A program made the position numbers and the translations under genes. A stretch of DNA of 64,000 nt from Vicinamibacterales bacterium (GTDB taxonomy: Bacteria > Acidobacteriota > Vicinamibacteria > Vicinamibacterales > CAVVIG01), in assembly GCA_965229885.1 (NCBI GenBank), contig CBDDJX010000003.1, positions 1,424,452 through 1,488,451 on the forward strand, written 5' to 3'. The notes under the pieces are model-generated. The model saw only the letters and a program-made list of their open reading frames with translations. It was not told the DNA's origin and made no database searches. Positions 51,676 to 62,568 of this stretch are shown in pieces. Positions within the stretch are counted from its first letter, which is position 1; each line of letters opens with the position of its first letter.

Positions 51676-52335
51676 TTGATCGAGACCAATCACCTGTCGA
51701 AGTTGTACGGCCGGGGCGTTTACGCCCTGCGCGACCTCACGATGTCAATCGACAAGGGCGAGTTTCTCTTTCTCACCGGGCCGAGCGGCGCCGGGAAGTC
51801 GACGTTCCTCCGGCTGCTGCTTCGCGAGGAACTGCCGAGCGAGGGCGAACTGCAAGTCGAGGGCCGCGATCTCGCGACGTTGCGTCCGTCGCAGATCCAG
51901 AGCTATCGCCGCACCGTCGGATTTGTCTTTCAGGACTTCCGGCTGATTCCCCGCCTGAACGTGTTCCAGAATGTGTCGTTCGTCATGCGGGTGCTCGGCG
52001 TCGTCGAAGCCGTGCAGCAGCGGAAAACCTTTCAGGTGCTCAAGTGGGTCGGGCTCCAGCACCGGATGAACGCCTACCCCGAAGAATTATCGGGCGGCGA
52101 GCAGCAGCGCATCGCCATCGCGCGTGCCCTTGTCAACGACCCGCAGCTCGTGCTGGCCGACGAGCCGACCGGCAACCTCGATCCGGATCTGTCGTTCGAA
52201 ATCATGAACCTGTTCCGCGAGATTAACGCCCGCGGCACGACCGTTGTCATCGCCACGCACGACCGCGAGCTGATTCGCCGAGCGGGACGCCGCGCGGTCA
52301 CGCTCGACCATGGGCGCGTCGTGGAGGTGGCTTGA
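51676..52335 (+). CDS. ftsE: Cell-division ABC ATPase FtsE
   Basis: [39 protein letters not shown]. Followed by ftsX with a 4-nt overlap. Confidence 0.88.
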   Translation: MIETNHLSKLYGRGVYALRDLTMSIDKGEFLFLTGPSGAGKSTFLRLLLREELPSEGELQVEGRDLATLRPSQIQSYRRTVGFVFQDFRLIPRLNVFQNVSFVMRVLGVVEAVQQRKTFQVLKWVGLQHRMNAYPEELSGGEQQRIAIARALVNDPQLVLADEPTGNLDPDLSFEIMNLFREINARGTTVVIATHDRELIRRAGRRAVTLDHGRVVEVA

Positions 52336-53219
52336 TGCGGGCGCTGCGATACGCGTTCGATGAAGCGGTGGCCAGCTTGTGGCGCGGCCGCCAGGCAGGT
52401 CTGCTGTCGACCGGTACGATCGCGCTCGCGCTGTTCGTGCTCGGCTGGTTCCTCATCGTGACGGCAAATCTCGAGCGCCTGGGCGTCGAGTGGAGCAGCG
52501 CGGCGGAAATGTCCGTTTACCTCGACGACCAGATTACGGCCGAAGAGCGAAGCGCGATCGAACGCGCGCTCGAGCCGAGTGAGATCGTGGCCTCGCGCGA
52601 GTACGTCTCCAAGGAAACCGCGCTGTTGCGCTTCAGAGAGACGTTCAGCGATCTGGCGGGGTCGGTCGAGACGCTCGGCGAGAATCCGCTGCCGGCTTCC
52701 TACGAGGTGCGGCTGAAGGCCGGTCCCGCGTCGGAGGCCGGCGTTGAAGCCCTCGGCGCGAGGCTGCGGGAAACCGCGGCGGTTGCCGACGTGCGCTACG
52801 ATCGGCAGTGGCTGAGCCGGCTCATGTCCGCCATCGCCGTCATTCGCGGCGTCGGTCTGGTGCTCGGCGGGGTGATGGCGGTTGCCGCCGCGCTGACGGT
52901 GGGCTCGGTGGTGCGCCTGGCGCTCCATGCGCGGCGCGAGGAGATCGAGATCATGCAGCTCGTCGGCGCTCCGTCGGCCTACATCCGCGGTCCGTTCATC
53001 ATGGAGGGGGTTATTCAGGGCGGCGTCGGCGCGCTGGCCGCGCTGACCGCGCTGGCCGTCGCGTTCTTCGCACTGCGCGGCCACTACCTCGTCCCTTTAG
53101 CGACGGCGGTGAACATCTCATCGATCCGCTTCCTGCCGGCTGAGTTCGCGTTCGTGCTGGTCGTCGGGGGGATGGCGGTTGGCTGCATTGGCGGCCTGGT
53201 CGCCGCCTGGGGCCGCTAA
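52332..53219 (+). CDS. ftsX: Cell-division permease-like protein FtsX
   Basis: Four-TM FtsX topology, EIEIMQLVGAPSAYIRGPF motif. Confidence 0.88.
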   Translation: MMRALRYAFDEAVASLWRGRQAGLLSTGTIALALFVLGWFLIVTANLERLGVEWSSAAEMSVYLDDQITAEERSAIERALEPSEIVASREYVSKETALLRFRETFSDLAGSVETLGENPLPASYEVRLKAGPASEAGVEALGARLRETAAVADVRYDRQWLSRLMSAIAVIRGVGLVLGGVMAVAAALTVGSVVRLALHARREEIEIMQLVGAPSAYIRGPFIMEGVIQGGVGALAALTALAVAFFALRGHYLVPLATAVNISSIRFLPAEFAFVLVVGGMAVGCIGGLVAAWGR

Positions 53220-53255
53220 ATGCTAGGTTTAGGTTAAGGTGGTGGGTATCACGCC

Positions 53256-53285
53256 TTGACACCTGTTTTCACGTGGCACTACACT
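53256..53285 (+). promoter_or_regulatory. Candidate sigma-70 promoter
   Basis: TTGACA, 18 nt, TACACT, 37 nt upstream of the ATG at 53323. Confidence 0.5.
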
Positions 53286-53322
53286 GGGGAAGATCAGACG
53301 ACCAACGAGCCGAGGGACCTGC

Positions 53323-53604
53323 ATGCCACGCTTCGCGACCGATTCGGAGCCGATCAGCTCGCATCACATTATCGAGTTCTACCGCGAAGAGTTCGTCAAG
53401 CACCACCGATGCCTGCAGGAGCAGCGGCCCTACTATTCGGAAGGCGCCATCACGGACGTTGAAGCGGCGCTGGCCAGGATCATCAAGACGCTCGAGCAGC
53501 TTTCCTCGCAAGACGACGCCCCCCAATTGGTGAGCTCACTTCTTAGACAGTTCGACGTCGTCACCAGGCTTTCAGTCTGGTCGGATCCGAAACAAACGCA
53601 CTGA
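53323..53604 (+). CDS. Hypothetical protein (93 aa)
   Basis: ATG ORF behind a near-consensus promoter. No recognisable domain. Confidence 0.5.
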   Translation: MPRFATDSEPISSHHIIEFYREEFVKHHRCLQEQRPYYSEGAITDVEAALARIIKTLEQLSSQDDAPQLVSSLLRQFDVVTRLSVWSDPKQTH

Positions 53605-53642
53605 CCCCGACCACACTTTCGCGCGATCAGGTTCTCGCCCTC

Positions 53643-55871
53643 ATGCGGGAGCGGGTGCATCACCCGGCCGCCATGCGCGAGCTCCTTCACGTTCTTAAGG
53701 TTCCGCGCGACGAACACACGTCGTTCAAGCGCCACGTCAAGTCGCTCGTGGCGTCGGGCGATCTGATCAGTATTCGGGGGCACCGTTTCGGCCTGCCCGA
53801 GAAAATGGATCTCTACGTCGGCCGGCTGCAGACGCACCCGGCCGGGTACGGGTTCGTCACGCCCGAGCGTCCGCTCGACGCGGGCGGGGATATTTACGTC
53901 TCGCCAACACACCTCAACGACGCGATGCACGGCGACCGCGTTGTCGTCCGCATCGAACGGATCAAGGATGACGGACGTTCCGAAGGGCGCGTGATCCGCA
54001 TTCTCGGGCGCGGTCATGAATCACTGGTCGGCCGTTACGATCGCGACGAGAACGGCATCGGATACGCCGTGCCGTTCGATCGCCGCGTCCTGATGGACAT
54101 CGTCATCCCGCCGGGGCAGGAGGGCAGCGCGTCACCGGGCGAGATGGTGACCGCTGAACTGACGCGCTGGCCGACGGCCACGCGCGGGGCGATTGGCCGC
54201 GTCGCTGAGGTGCTCGGCGACATCGATGCGCCGGGCGTCGATACCGAAATCATCATCCACAAGCACGAGATTCCCGATGCGCACGGGGCCGACGCCGTGG
54301 CGGAGGCCGTGCGGTTCGGCGGTGCCGTTGCGGAGCGGGATATCCGCGGGCGGACCGATTTCCGCGCGGTCCAGACCGTGACGATCGACGACGAGCACGC
54401 CCGCGACTTCGACGATGCGATCACGATTGAGAAGTTGCCGAACGGCCACTTCTGGCTGGGCGTGCACATTGCGGACGTCTCGCATTACGTCCAGGAGGGC
54501 AGCGCGCTCGATCGCGAGGCGTACGACCGCGGGACCTCGGTGTATTTTCCAGAGCGCGCGGTCCACATGTTCCCGTCGGAACTCGCCACCGGCCTGTGCA
54601 GCCTCAACCCCCACGTCGATCGGCTCGTGCAGTCGTGTCTGATGGAGATCGATCGCCGCGGGCACGTGGTGCGGTCAGAATTTCACGATAGCGTCATCAA
54701 CAGTACCGAGCGGATGACCTATTCGGCAGTCAACCTCATCCTGACCGATGAGGACCCGAGCGTGATCGAGCAGTATGGCGCGCTCGTGCCGATGTTCGCG
54801 CTGATGCGGGAGTTGTTTCAGATCTTGAACGACGCGCGCCGCCGCCGCGGATCGATTGACTTCGACCTTAACGAAGCGGAAGTCATCCTCGATGAGGGCG
54901 GGGTCGTCGCGGCCATCATCGCGCTCCAGCGGAACGTCGCCCACCGGTTGATCGAGGAATTCATGCTGCTCGCGAACGAAACCGTGGCGTCGTACCTCGA
55001 GGCGCAGGCCGCGCCTGCGCTCTACCGGATCCACGAAGAGCCGGACATCCTCAAGGTCGCCAAGTTCGAAGAATTCGTGTCGGGATTCGGGTACAGCCTC
55101 GCGGCACCGCCGTCAGCGCTCAGGCCCCGGCACTTCCAGAAGCTGCTCGAGCGGATCCACGGAAAGCCGGAAGAGAAGCCGATCGCGTTTCTCATGCTGC
55201 GCACGATGCAGAAAGCGCGGTACGCGCCGGAGAATCTGGGCCACTTTGGACTCGCCGCGTCGAGCTACACGCATTTCACGTCGCCGATCCGCCGGTATCC
55301 GGACCTCGTCGTGCACCGCGCGCTCCGCGCGGCGCGGCACCGTCTGCTGACCGATGAATCGCGCGAGGAGTGGACGGACGAACTTCCGGAAGTCGCGCGG
55401 CACACATCCGAGATGGAACGGCGCGCCGATGATGCCGAGCGCGAGCTGCTGCAGTGGAAGAAAGTGAAGTTCATGGCCGACAAAGTCGGCGATGAGTTCG
55501 AAGGGTACGTCACGGGTGTCGCAGCGTTCGGCTTGTTCATCGAGTTGGTCGAGCACTTCGTCGAAGGCATGGTGCACGTTTCGACGATGGCCGACGATTA
55601 CTATCGCTTCGTCGACGGCGCACACCTGCTCCGCGGCGAGAACACCCAGAAGGTGTACCGACTGGGGGACAAAGTGAAGGTGCAGGTCATCCGCGTGAAC
55701 ATGGACGTCCGGCAGATCGATCTCGGGCTCGTGGAGATCCTCGAACGGGTGCGGGAAGGAGAGCGGGGACCGCGGCGAAGCCGGGCGACGCCGAAAGGGG
55801 AGCAAAGGCGGGGCGGACAGCGTCCCGGGCGTCGCGAGCGACAGAAGTCAACAGGCAGGAGGCGGAAATAA
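53643..55871 (+). CDS. rnr: Ribonuclease R
   Basis: Cold-shock-like GYGFV, RNB domain (DDAITIEKLPNGHFWLGVHIADVSHYV, YFPERAVHMFP, FTSPIRRYPDLVVHR), S1 domain and a basic tail. The true start may be a non-ATG codon a few codons upstream. Confidence 0.9.
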   Translation: MRERVHHPAAMRELLHVLKVPRDEHTSFKRHVKSLVASGDLISIRGHRFGLPEKMDLYVGRLQTHPAGYGFVTPERPLDAGGDIYVSPTHLNDAMHGDRVVVRIERIKDDGRSEGRVIRILGRGHESLVGRYDRDENGIGYAVPFDRRVLMDIVIPPGQEGSASPGEMVTAELTRWPTATRGAIGRVAEVLGDIDAPGVDTEIIIHKHEIPDAHGADAVAEAVRFGGAVAERDIRGRTDFRAVQTVTIDDEHARDFDDAITIEKLPNGHFWLGVHIADVSHYVQEGSALDREAYDRGTSVYFPERAVHMFPSELATGLCSLNPHVDRLVQSCLMEIDRRGHVVRSEFHDSVINSTERMTYSAVNLILTDEDPSVIEQYGALVPMFALMRELFQILNDARRRRGSIDFDLNEAEVILDEGGVVAAIIALQRNVAHRLIEEFMLLANETVASYLEAQAAPALYRIHEEPDILKVAKFEEFVSGFGYSLAAPPSALRPRHFQKLLERIHGKPEEKPIAFLMLRTMQKARYAPENLGHFGLAASSYTHFTSPIRRYPDLVVHRALRAARHRLLTDESREEWTDELPEVARHTSEMERRADDAERELLQWKKVKFMADKVGDEFEGYVTGVAAFGLFIELVEHFVEGMVHVSTMADDYYRFVDGAHLLRGENTQKVYRLGDKVKVQVIRVNMDVRQIDLGLVEILERVREGERGPRRSRATPKGEQRRGGQRPGRRERQKSTGRRRK

Positions 55872-55891
55872 CGTCGTTGCGAAGGACGATG

Positions 55892-56038
55892 TTACGACTT
55901 GTCGTCCTTCATTGCGTCTTTGAAGTTCTTGATCGCACTGCCGATGCCGCGGCCGAGGCCTGGCAGGCGGCTTGCTCCAAAAATAACGAAGACGATCAGC
56001 AGGATGACGATCAGTTCTGGCAATCCAAGGCGCCCCAT
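55892..56038 (-). CDS. tatA: Twin-arginine translocase TatA/E family protein (48 aa, below ORF-track cut-off)
   Basis: The minus strand translates to MGRLGLPELIVILLIVFVIFGASRLPGLGRGIGSAIKNFKDAMKDDKS. Confidence 0.85.
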   Translation of the reverse strand: MGRLGLPELIVILLIVFVIFGASRLPGLGRGIGSAIKNFKDAMKDDKS

Positions 56039-56123
56039 AGTGCCACTCCTCCCGCAAAGCTGGAACCGAAGATCTGGGGGGATTGTACCACGCGGACGTT
56101 CATCCTCGCGCGCTGACCATCGC

Positions 56124-57275
56124 TTACCACGCCAGTCGCCATTCGAGCGTTCGCAGCAGTCGCCATTTCAGCCCGGCGTAACCCTGACGGCCCGCAATGA
56201 GATTGCCCATGATCGTGTTGACCGCAGCGCTGTGTCGGAGAGCGTGGATCAGCAGACCGGTGGACGCCAGGCGGAAGAACAACGTCTTGAGCTGCGCCGC
56301 GCGCGCGAGTTCGGGCATGATGGCCGCCCGCACTCGTGCGGCGTACTGTGACGCGTCACCCGCGATCGCGGCGTCTGCAGCCCACTGCCCTGACAGCAGC
56401 GCGAAGTAGATGCCTTCGCGCGTAATCGGATCCACGAGCCCGGCGGCGTCGCCGGGCACGCATCAGTTCGGTCCAGCCAGCTCGAGGCGCCGCAGGCGCT
56501 CTGCGCTCAGCGATGGAATCGGCCACGAGTACGGCTCGAGACGGGCGCCGTCGGCGATTCGCGTCTCGCGGATCCAGGCGGCGGCTCTCTGGCGCAGCGC
56601 CGCCGAGGTCAATCCCGCGTCGGCCTGCGCGCAGATACCGATCGCGAGGTGCGTCGACCTGGGAAACGACCAGATGTACCCGGGAGGGTCCGATATCAGA
56701 TCGATGAGGATCTCGTCGCTCGTGACGCCGTGCGCGAAATAGCCGGTCGCGATCGAGAGATCCTCACGACTGAACGCGCGCGCGAGCCGGCGCCTGACGA
56801 GGCTGTTGGCGCCGTCGGCGCCAATCAGGAAGCGCGTGCGGCACGAGCCCTCTGCCGTGTGGAGCCGCGGGCCGCCCGGTTCGAGCGTGACGTCGGTGAT
56901 GCGGGTACTGATGAGCGCGGCGCCGGCGTGGCAGGCTGACGAGATCAGTGCGGCGTCGAATGTGGCGCGGCTCACAACGAGCAGCGGTGTCGGGTCGTGG
57001 GCGTCATCCGCGTCGAGCGGCACGACAGCCGATCGTCCGGCCGTCGTGTCGAGAAATCGCGCACGACGGACGGCCGACGGCGGCAGAGATGTTTGCGGGA
57101 TGGCGTCGGCGACGAGCGCCAGGGCGCGGCTGGTGACTCCACCCCCGCACGGCTTCTCGCGAGGATGTGACGGGTCGAAGATCGCCACGCGCGCGCCTCG
57201 GCATGCGAGCGAGTACGCGGCCCACGCGCCGGCAGGCCCAGCGCCGACAATCGCGACGTCCGTCGTGTGAATCAC
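56124..57275 (-). pseudogene. Geranylgeranyl reductase-family FAD oxidoreductase interrupted by one in-frame TGA
   Basis: VAIVGAGPAGAWAA (FAD), then ..ELAGPN-TGA-CVPGDAAGLVDPITREGIYFAL. ORFs 56463..57275 and 56124..56459 are in the same frame. Confidence 0.75.
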
Positions 57276-57345
57276 AGCTTCTTGGCTTCCGGCTCTCTAG
57301 GGTCCGGGCTCTAGGCCTACAACAGCCCCAAACCCAAAGCCTAGC

Positions 57346-57822
57346 GTGATACATTACGCGTCCATGGTCGACGTTGAAACAGGAAGATTCACGGTTGGAG
57401 TGTTTCAGGACATCGCGTGGGCCGAGAAGGGGCTCATGGCCCTCTCGCAGGCAGGGTTCGTCCCCGAGTCGCTGACGGTCCTCGCTCAAGAGAGCGCCGA
57501 CGTCGGTGCACTGTTCACGCGCACGTTCGGCGCGGCCGCCGATCGCCTCGAGCTACCCGCGATCGGCGCCGTGCTCACGCGCGGTCCGCTCGTTGAGGCC
57601 TTACAGGGCGCGAGCCGCGACCTCGCGAAGCTCGGACTGTCCGGCACGATGCGGCGCGTGGGATTCCAGGCTCACGACGCTCGCATCTTCGAAGTGCTCG
57701 CGGCGCGCGGCGGCGTGCTGGTCGCCATCCGCAGCGAGCCGCGCGCGGCCGACGCGCTCGCGATCCTGCACTCGTACGGAGGCGGGAACGCGGCCATTGG
57801 GGCCTGGACCGGCCGCGTCTGA
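57346..57822 (+). CDS. Hypothetical protein, general-stress YflT-like
   Basis: 158-aa ORF. VGVFQDIAWAEKGLMALSQAGF resembles the YflT/GsiB-type N-terminal domain from memory. Terminator follows. Confidence 0.45.
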   Translation: MIHYASMVDVETGRFTVGVFQDIAWAEKGLMALSQAGFVPESLTVLAQESADVGALFTRTFGAAADRLELPAIGAVLTRGPLVEALQGASRDLAKLGLSGTMRRVGFQAHDARIFEVLAARGGVLVAIRSEPRAADALAILHSYGGGNAAIGAWTGRV

Positions 57823-57826
57823 ACAA

Positions 57827-57885
57827 GGGGACGGGAGTCATTTTCGTCGCCCGCGTCTAAGAACGACTCCCGTCCCATTTTTCGT
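57827..57885 (+). terminator. Rho-independent-like terminator
   Basis: GGGGACGGGAGTC ... GACTCCCGTCCC (12-bp stem, large loop) followed by ATTTTTCGTCCTTTTTCC. Confidence 0.55.
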
Positions 57886-58010
57886 CCTTTTTCCGGTCTC
57901 CTGTCAGGATCGTCTAGGAAATACGCACGAGCTACTGGGCATCCCCTTTGCAGTTGCAGGGCTGTATAGCTGTGCGCGACAATACCTCGACGGGCAAACT
58001 TCCCTTCCTA

Positions 58011-58919
58011 ATGGCAGAGACTGTCCAACCGGTCGCGGCTACCGAGAGCACGTCAGCGGGACATTTGTCCATCCACGTCGAAGGGCTTCACCCGCACGAC
58101 GTTCCGTTTCTCCTTGAACAGCAGCCGAAGCGGATGGGCGTGTCGTTGCTGGCTTCGGCCGCCTTCGAGATCCTAATGGCGAGCCTCCTGATTCTCGCGA
58201 GCCGCTACGCGCCGGTGTCGACCACGACATTCCTGCCGGAGCAGTTCAACACGAACATGGTCTGGCTGGTCGAGCCGGGTCCTGGCGGCGGTGGTGGCGG
58301 CGGCGGCAATCAGATGAAGGAGCCGCCGCGTCAGGCCGAACTGCCGGGCAAAGACAAGCTGACTGTTCCGGTTGAAAAGCCGCCGGAGCTCGAGCCACCA
58401 AAGCAGCCGAAAGACGAGCCGAACCCTGTCGAGCAGTTGACGATTCCCGCTATGCCCCTGGCCTCGGCGGAGAACTTGACGCCCGGCATTATCGATGTCG
58501 GGCTGTCCACGGAATCGCAAGGGGCTGGGACGGCGGGCGGTGCGGGTGCTGGAACGGGGACGGGCATCGGACCTGGGTTGGGATCGGGCCTCGGACCCGG
58601 ATCGGGCGGCGGCACCGGCGGCGGCGTGTACCAGCCGGGGAACGGCGTGACGCCGCCCGTGCCGACGTATATTCCGAAACCGCAATACACAGCCGATGCG
58701 ATGCGCGCACGTATTCAAGGCACGGTCTGGGTTGAATGCGTCGTCCAGACGAACGGGCAATGCGCAGACACGCACGTGATACGGTCGCTCGATCAGACGT
58801 TCGGCCTCGACCAGGAAGCCATCAAGGCCGCGAAATTGTTCCGCTTTAGGCCCGGCATGCGCCTCGGCGAGCCGGTCGCCGTGCTCGTCACCATCGAACT
58901 GAGCTTCACGCTGCATTAA
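58011..58919 (+). CDS. TonB-family energy transducer
   Basis: N-terminal TM VSLLASAAFEILMASLLILA, Pro/Gly-rich linker, C-terminal TonB domain (PKPQYTADAMRARIQGTVWVECVV...GLDQEAIKAAKLFRFRPG). Confidence 0.8.
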   Translation: MAETVQPVAATESTSAGHLSIHVEGLHPHDVPFLLEQQPKRMGVSLLASAAFEILMASLLILASRYAPVSTTTFLPEQFNTNMVWLVEPGPGGGGGGGGNQMKEPPRQAELPGKDKLTVPVEKPPELEPPKQPKDEPNPVEQLTIPAMPLASAENLTPGIIDVGLSTESQGAGTAGGAGAGTGTGIGPGLGSGLGPGSGGGTGGGVYQPGNGVTPPVPTYIPKPQYTADAMRARIQGTVWVECVVQTNGQCADTHVIRSLDQTFGLDQEAIKAAKLFRFRPGMRLGEPVAVLVTIELSFTLH

Positions 58920-58968
58920 GGGCGGGACGGACGCGACGGGCGGAAGGCAAGAAGTGAGCAGGCAAGAG

Positions 58969-59003
58969 AAAAGGCCCGGGAGCGTGAGCTCGCCGGGCCT
59001 TTT
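58969..59003. terminator. Bidirectional terminator between tonB-like gene and groEL
   Basis: AAAAGGCCCGG-13 nt-CCGGGCCTTTT, T-rich on both strands. Confidence 0.6.
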
Positions 59004-59048
59004 CCATTCACCCAGTTACCCGAATTACTCAACGACGCGATTCGAGCG

Positions 59049-60720
<1,672 letters not shown>

Positions 60721-61035
60721 CTATTTCTTCTTCTTGCCGTTGCTGCTGCCTTCGATGACGCCCAGGACCTCGTCCTCGCGCATGATGAGGTATTCCTGAC
60801 CATCCAGTTTGATTTCCTGGCCCGAGTACTTCCCGAACAGGATGAGATCGCCGGCCGTGACGTCGAGCGCGATGCGCTTTCCGTCGTCTTTCACCTTGCC
60901 GTTGCCGGCGGCGATGACCTTGCCCTGCTGCGGCTTTTCCTTGGCGCTATCCGGGATGATGATCCCGCCGATTCTCTGCTCGCCTTCCTCAAGGCGCTGA
61001 ACAATGATGCGGTCGTGCAGCGGTCTGACGTTCAT
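60721..61035 (-). CDS. groS: Co-chaperonin GroES
   Basis: [46 protein letters not shown]... Confidence 0.97.
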   Translation of the reverse strand: MNVRPLHDRIIVQRLEEGEQRIGGIIIPDSAKEKPQQGKVIAAGNGKVKDDGKRIALDVTAGDLILFGKYSGQEIKLDGQEYLIMREDEVLGVIEGSSNGKKKK

Positions 61036-61126
61036 GCTCTGTGCTCCGTCTGTCGTAAAGTGAAGAGGCCTTTCAGATAGTCCTGAAGAGGGTAAGTGCC
61101 AGGAGTGGCCTGCTACTCGCCTGGCA

Positions 61127-61153
61127 TTAGCAGTCGCCTCAGGCGACTGCTAA
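61127..61153. promoter_or_regulatory. CIRCE (HrcA operator)
   Basis: TTAGCAGTC-N9-GACTGCTAA, with perfect 9-bp arms. Consensus is TTAGCACTC-N9-GAGTGCTAA. It lies about 90 nt upstream of groES. Confidence 0.85.
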
Positions 61154-61181
61154 TTATCGTATGGCCGGCTGGCAGTGTCAA
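61153..61181 (-). promoter_or_regulatory. groESL sigma-70 promoter candidate, -35 at or in the IS terminus
   Basis: Minus strand TTGACA-ctgccagccggccatac-GATAAT, directly followed by and overlapping CIRCE. Confidence 0.55.
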
Positions 61182-62531
61182 GAATCCGTATCGCGCCATG
61201 GTAAGTGTGACCGAAGGAAAGATCGTCGCGCCCTAAAGGGTGTTACCCAAGCGGGTGTGCCACAGGAGGGCACCCGCGTGGGACCACAGGCGAGGCCGGA
61301 GTATTTGGCGCCGATGCGGGACCGGTACGTGGGGGCCTCGCGGACGGAGAAGGGGCGCGTGCTCACAGAGGCGGTGACGGTGACGGGCTACCATCGGAAG
61401 GCGATCATTCGGGCCTGGCGGCGGCCAGCCGTGCGGCCCCCGCGGGGCCCGCGTCGGGGCCGACCCACGCGCTATGACGCCGCGGGGGTGCGGGCACTCC
61501 GGGCGGTCTGGGTCGCGGCGCGGGCGATCCGTGGGCCCGCCGCCGCCTCGCGGTGTCGCCCGCCACCGAAGCGAAGGTGCGCACCATCAGCCCGCGCCAG
61601 ATCGATCGCCTGCTGGCGCCCGACCAGCGCACGATCCGCCGACGGCTGTATGGGCGCACCAAACCCGGCCCGCTGTTGAAGCACCACATTCTGGGCAAGA
61701 CCGATCACTGGGACGTCACCGAGCCCGGCTTCACCGAGGTGGACCTGGTGAGTCACTCGGGCGACCGCGCCGATGGGGACTTCCTCCATACGCTGAATCT
61801 CACCGACATTCAGACCACCTGGGTCGAACACGGCGCCGTCATGGGGAAAAGTCAGGTCCGGGTCCAGGAACGGCTCGACCACTTGCGCGCGGCCTTGCCC
61901 TTCGCGCTCCGGGGGATCGACTCCGACAACGGCTCGGAGTTCATCAACGCGCATCTGCACCGGTACTGCCGGGCGCAGCAGATTCAATTCACGCGGGGGC
62001 GGCCGTACAAGAAGAACGACAACGCGCATATCGAACAAAAGAACTGGACCCACGTCCGGAAGCTGATGGGCTATGTGCGGTATGACTCGGCGGGGGCCCT
62101 CGCAGCGATGAACGATGTGTAGGCCGACCTGCGGCTGTTGCAGAATCTCTTTCTGCCGTCGGTGCAACTCCAGCGCAAAGAACGCATCGGCGCCCGCCGG
62201 CGCCGGTACTACGACGCGCCGCAGACCCCGTTGGAGCGCGTCCAGGCCTGCCCGCAGGCCCACGCCGCGAAGGTGGTGGCGCTCGTGCGCCAGCGGGACC
62301 GGCTCGATCCGTTCGCGCTCGCGGCGCGCATTGACCGCAAGCTCGCGCGGGTCTATGCCCTCGCGAATCATCGGCGCGGGCTGGTGCCCTCGACGGCGGG
62401 GGCCGCGGAGACACACGCAAAGACCGCGCGGGTCTCCGCGGCCCTGTCGCTCAAAGACCTCTCCCCGTCGGTAACACCAAATATGGCGCGACGACGCGCC
62501 GCCCGGTAACACTTACTTATGGCTCGACACG
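61175..62531 (+). mobile_element. rve-domain DDE transposase IS (IS481/ISNCY-like), transposase inactivated
   Basis: About 60-bp imperfect IRs (left CGTATCGCGCCATGGTAAGTGTGACCG.., reverse complement of right CGTGTCGAGCCATAAGTAAGTGTTACCG..). Transposase pieces: HTH part 61260.., DDE part ..IDSDNGSEFINAHLHRYC..FTRGRPYKKNDNAHIEQKNWTHVR. Frameshift/deletion near 61515 and TAG at 62120..62122. The left boundary is uncertain by about 12 nt. Confidence 0.75.
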
Positions 62532-62568
62532 CGGGGGACTGCTAAACGGACAACATTAGGCCTTCCGC

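Noticed and set aside
56463-56465. In-frame TGA in the geranylgeranyl reductase gene as a selenocysteine codon.
   Set aside because: The position aligns with an aromatic/Trp position, not a redox Cys, in this family. I see no convincing SECIS-like hairpin immediately downstream. A TGG-to-TGA change is simpler.
62532-62543. GGGGACTGCTAA right of the IS repeats the CIRCE half-site GGCGACTGCTAA (61142..61153) left of it, a possible target-site duplication.
   Set aside because: The two copies lie at different distances from the IS ends (about 0 versus about 22-33 nt), so they cannot be a standard TSD. No matching TTAGCAGTC half-site accompanies the right copy. I kept it only as an unexplained coincidence.
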